Positions 18,079 to 20,300 of a DNA stretch of 20,300 bases are shown here, in pieces. The position numbers and the translations under genes were made by a program. The notes below the pieces were generated by a model. The model did not search any database, was not told the DNA's origin, and was given only the letters and a program-made list of their open reading frames with translations. Position 1 is the stretch's first letter; each line of letters begins with the position of its first letter. The stretch spans positions 359,108-379,407 of the forward strand of contig BCKQ01000012.1 of assembly GCA_001600695.1 (NCBI GenBank), in the 5' to 3' direction. This stretch comes from Ascoidea asiatica JCM 7603 (taxonomy: Eukaryota > Fungi > Ascomycota).

Positions 18079-20300
18079 ATGATCTCACAAAAAGTTTCCT
18101 TTGCACATTTCTTATATTTTTACTTTTCCTTTATTATTCAAGCAAAACCTTTTGATATTGATCCAGATGATATTATCACTGATACTGATTCAGATGTTTA
18201 TGTAACTGAAACCACTGATGTTACTGTTACCGATACTACAACCTACACTCATTGTAGTTTCACTCATGGTTGTAATATTGTTCCAGGTACTGCATGTACT
18301 CCAACAACTACTCTCATCACAACTACTGATTCAAATGGAGATGCTGTTACTTCAACTGAAACTGTTTCTTATAGTTATTATTTAGACGATAATGATGAAA
18401 CCCAAAAGGCTTTATGTCCAGCAACAACAACAACAACAACTTCTTCAACAACTTCTACAACTTCATCCTCATCTTTGTCATCTTCAACGATTGATTTATC
18501 TACTATTACATCTTCTGTTGCATTCTCTAGTATCATTACTTCTTCTGCTGCAAGTTCATCCTTTAATATTGCTTCTTCAATTAGCTTTTCAAGTATATTT
18601 ATAAGCTCATTGGTGTCTAGTAGCTCATCTAGTTTCAGTAGTTTATTATCTTCAAGTAGTTCTTATACTACTTCCTCTATTATAACTAGTTTACCTTTTT
18701 CTGCAATATCATCTTCTACTAGTAGCTCTTCTTCGATTATTAGTAGCTCTTCTAAAGTTGGCTTTTCTTCTTCTGTTAGTTCTTCTGCTACTTCTTCTGC
18801 TAGTTCATTGTATTTTAGTAGTTCTTTGGGTATTTCTTCAAACAGACCTATCGGCTCATCCCTTATCACTAGTTCATCATATTCTATTATTTCATCATCC
18901 TTCAGTAGTTCTTATCCTAGTTCTTATATCATTAGTAGTTCTTCTTCTTCCGCAACCAGTACTTCAGGAAGTTCTTATAGTAGTTATAGCACTGTATCTT
19001 CAAATTCTGCTACTTATAGTTATTCATCAACTGCAGGTTTTTCTACATTTACTTCATCAGGCACAGCAGGTTCTTTTTCCAGCTCTACATTTAATAGTTT
19101 ATCAACTAGTAGTATATTTTCATCCATTATTGACATCCCCAATAGTATTTCATCTACTGTAATTGGGCCAAGTTCCTCTTTTTACTCTTCATCATCAGAA
19201 ATAATTTCTTCTACAGTCTCTTCCATAAATGTTCCAACTTTTAGTGTTCTATCTTCAAGTGTTACAACCAGTAGCTCATATTCTACAAACGTTTCCCCAA
19301 TAAATCCTGTTTCAAGTCTGGTGTCCGGAACTTTTTCTAGTAGTTCAGTTTCTATCTCTACATCCATTTTCAGCTCATCAGCCTTAGTTTCTTCATTATT
19401 AACTTTGACATCTCTAAACTCAGTGCCTTTACATTCATCATCTTTAAGTTCAGATATTTCTCCAACCCTAGGCAGTTCTTTTTCAAGCGCTATCCCAACT
19501 TCTTCTAATTCTGGGATATCTGGTACTTTCTCTACAAAAATTGTTTCATCTAGGATTATTACTAACACTGCAATTATTCCTTCTACTGAAATTTCTTCTA
19601 CAAGCTTTAAATCTGCCTCAAGTAGTTCTTCAATAATTTATTCATCGTTGTCATCTACTACACCTTCGTATTCATCGTCTTCAACTTTGCCTCTTTTCTT
19701 AGCTTCAAGGTCTTCTTCTATATTAATAGTCTCTAGTTCGGATGCTTTCACAACAATTTTTTCTAGTCTCACTTCCTTAAGCTTGGAGTCTTCAAGAAGC
19801 CGATCGTCTAGTATATTACCAACTGCTACCACTTTATCTTCGGCAATTATTTCAACATTAAGTTCAGTCTCATTTAGTATTTTGTATGCTAATTCTTTTT
19901 CATCTTATTTCAGTTCTTCTGAACTAACTACAAAACCGTCTTCTGATTTCAGTAATTTATTTTCAGGAAATGGTTTACTATCTACAAGCCTTGGATCAGA
20001 TCTTTCTAAATTAAGTAGCACTAGCTCTATTAATTTGCTATCTTCAAGCAGCAGTAAAGCTGCTCATACAAATATCATTTCATCCACCAGTTCATCATCC
20101 TTTGTTGGTAATACAATCTCTTCTTCAGAGATAACCTCAGAACTACTGGATTCCATTACTCCAAAGAATGGCAGAATAACAACATCTTCAATTTTAAGCA
20201 TGCCAACAACATCAAGCTCTTATTCTTCAAATTACCAAACTATAAGCTCCTTGCCTACGCCACAGACTCAATCAAGCGTTATTGGATTATCTACAACAAT
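18079..20300 (+). CDS. Secreted Ser/Thr-rich cell-wall mannoprotein/adhesin, Aga1/Fig2-like N-terminus (3'-partial)
   Basis: Translated by hand: AAAAATG start at 18079 and no stop for 740 codons up to the window end. MISQKVSFAHFLYFYFSFIIQA looks like a signal peptide. It is followed by a Thr/Asp-rich head with 4 Cys, then a Ser-rich stalk. It is absent from the ORF track, presumably because it has no stop in the window. Confidence 0.88.
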   Translation, partial: MISQKVSFAHFLYFYFSFIIQAKPFDIDPDDIITDTDSDVYVTETTDVTVTDTTTYTHCSFTHGCNIVPGTACTPTTTLITTTDSNGDAVTSTETVSYSYYLDDNDETQKALCPATTTTTTSSTTSTTSSSSLSSSTIDLSTITSSVAFSSIITSSAASSSFNIASSISFSSIFISSLVSSSSSSFSSLLSSSSSYTTSSIITSLPFSAISSSTSSSSSIISSSSKVGFSSSVSSSATSSASSLYFSSSLGISSNRPIGSSLITSSSYSIISSSFSSSYPSSYIISSSSSSATSTSGSSYSSYSTVSSNSATYSYSSTAGFSTFTSSGTAGSFSSSTFNSLSTSSIFSSIIDIPNSISSTVIGPSSSFYSSSSEIISSTVSSINVPTFSVLSSSVTTSSSYSTNVSPINPVSSLVSGTFSSSSVSISTSIFSSSALVSSLLTLTSLNSVPLHSSSLSSDISPTLGSSFSSAIPTSSNSGISGTFSTKIVSSRIITNTAIIPSTEISSTSFKSASSSSSIIYSSLSSTTPSYSSSSTLPLFLASRSSSILIVSSSDAFTTIFSSLTSLSLESSRSRSSSILPTATTLSSAIISTLSSVSFSILYANSFSSYFSSSELTTKPSSDFSNLFSGNGLLSTSLGSDLSKLSSTSSINLLSSSSSKAAHTNIISSTSSSSFVGNTISSSEITSELLDSITPKNGRITTSSILSMPTTSSSYSSNYQTISSLPTPQTQSSVIGLSTT

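Noticed and set aside
18392-19832. Track ORFs 18392-18604, 18663-18869, 18758-19162, 19182-19568 and 19638-19832
   Set aside because: All are off-frame or antisense shadows of the continuous Ser/Thr-rich ORF starting at 18079.
6144-20148. In-frame CTG codons are very scarce (6144, 6948, 19318, 20146; none spotted in NMD5), a possible hint of CUG reassignment
   Set aside because: All lie in unalignable low-complexity regions, and AT bias alone explains the scarcity. The genetic code cannot be inferred from this window.
1-20300. CRISPR arrays, transposons/LTRs, rRNA and pheromone precursor genes
   Set aside because: I saw no repeat-spacer structure, no transposase/RT/gag ORF, no rRNA sequence and no KR-repeat precursor. 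Tiny CAAX ORFs were not searched exhaustively.

Overview
Very AT-rich eukaryotic DNA that looks like a budding yeast (Saccharomycotina), with intron-free CDSs full of Asn/Ser low-complexity tracts. In order: a ~3.2 kb non-coding region with heat-shock-element-like repeats, an SCB and an Mcm1-site cluster; PCL1 (Pho85 cyclin, +); PBS2 (HOG MAPKK, +); NMD5 (importin-7-like, +); an RKM1/EFM1-family SET lysine methyltransferase (-); an intron-containing tRNA-Lys(UUU) (-); an orphan 170-aa ORF (-) that may be truncated; and a secreted Ser/Thr-rich adhesin-like ORF that starts at 18079, runs off the window and is missing from the ORF track. Best leads: (i) the adhesin has an Aga1-like N-terminus, and its divergent promoter holds Ste12 PREs and a composite Mcm1/PRE/alpha1-like element, suggesting a possible mating module with the orphan ORF; (ii) PBS2 sits next to NMD5, the Hog1 importin, and their GC-rich promoter islands share motifs. 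Protein comparisons come from my recollection of S. cerevisiae sequences, not from a search.
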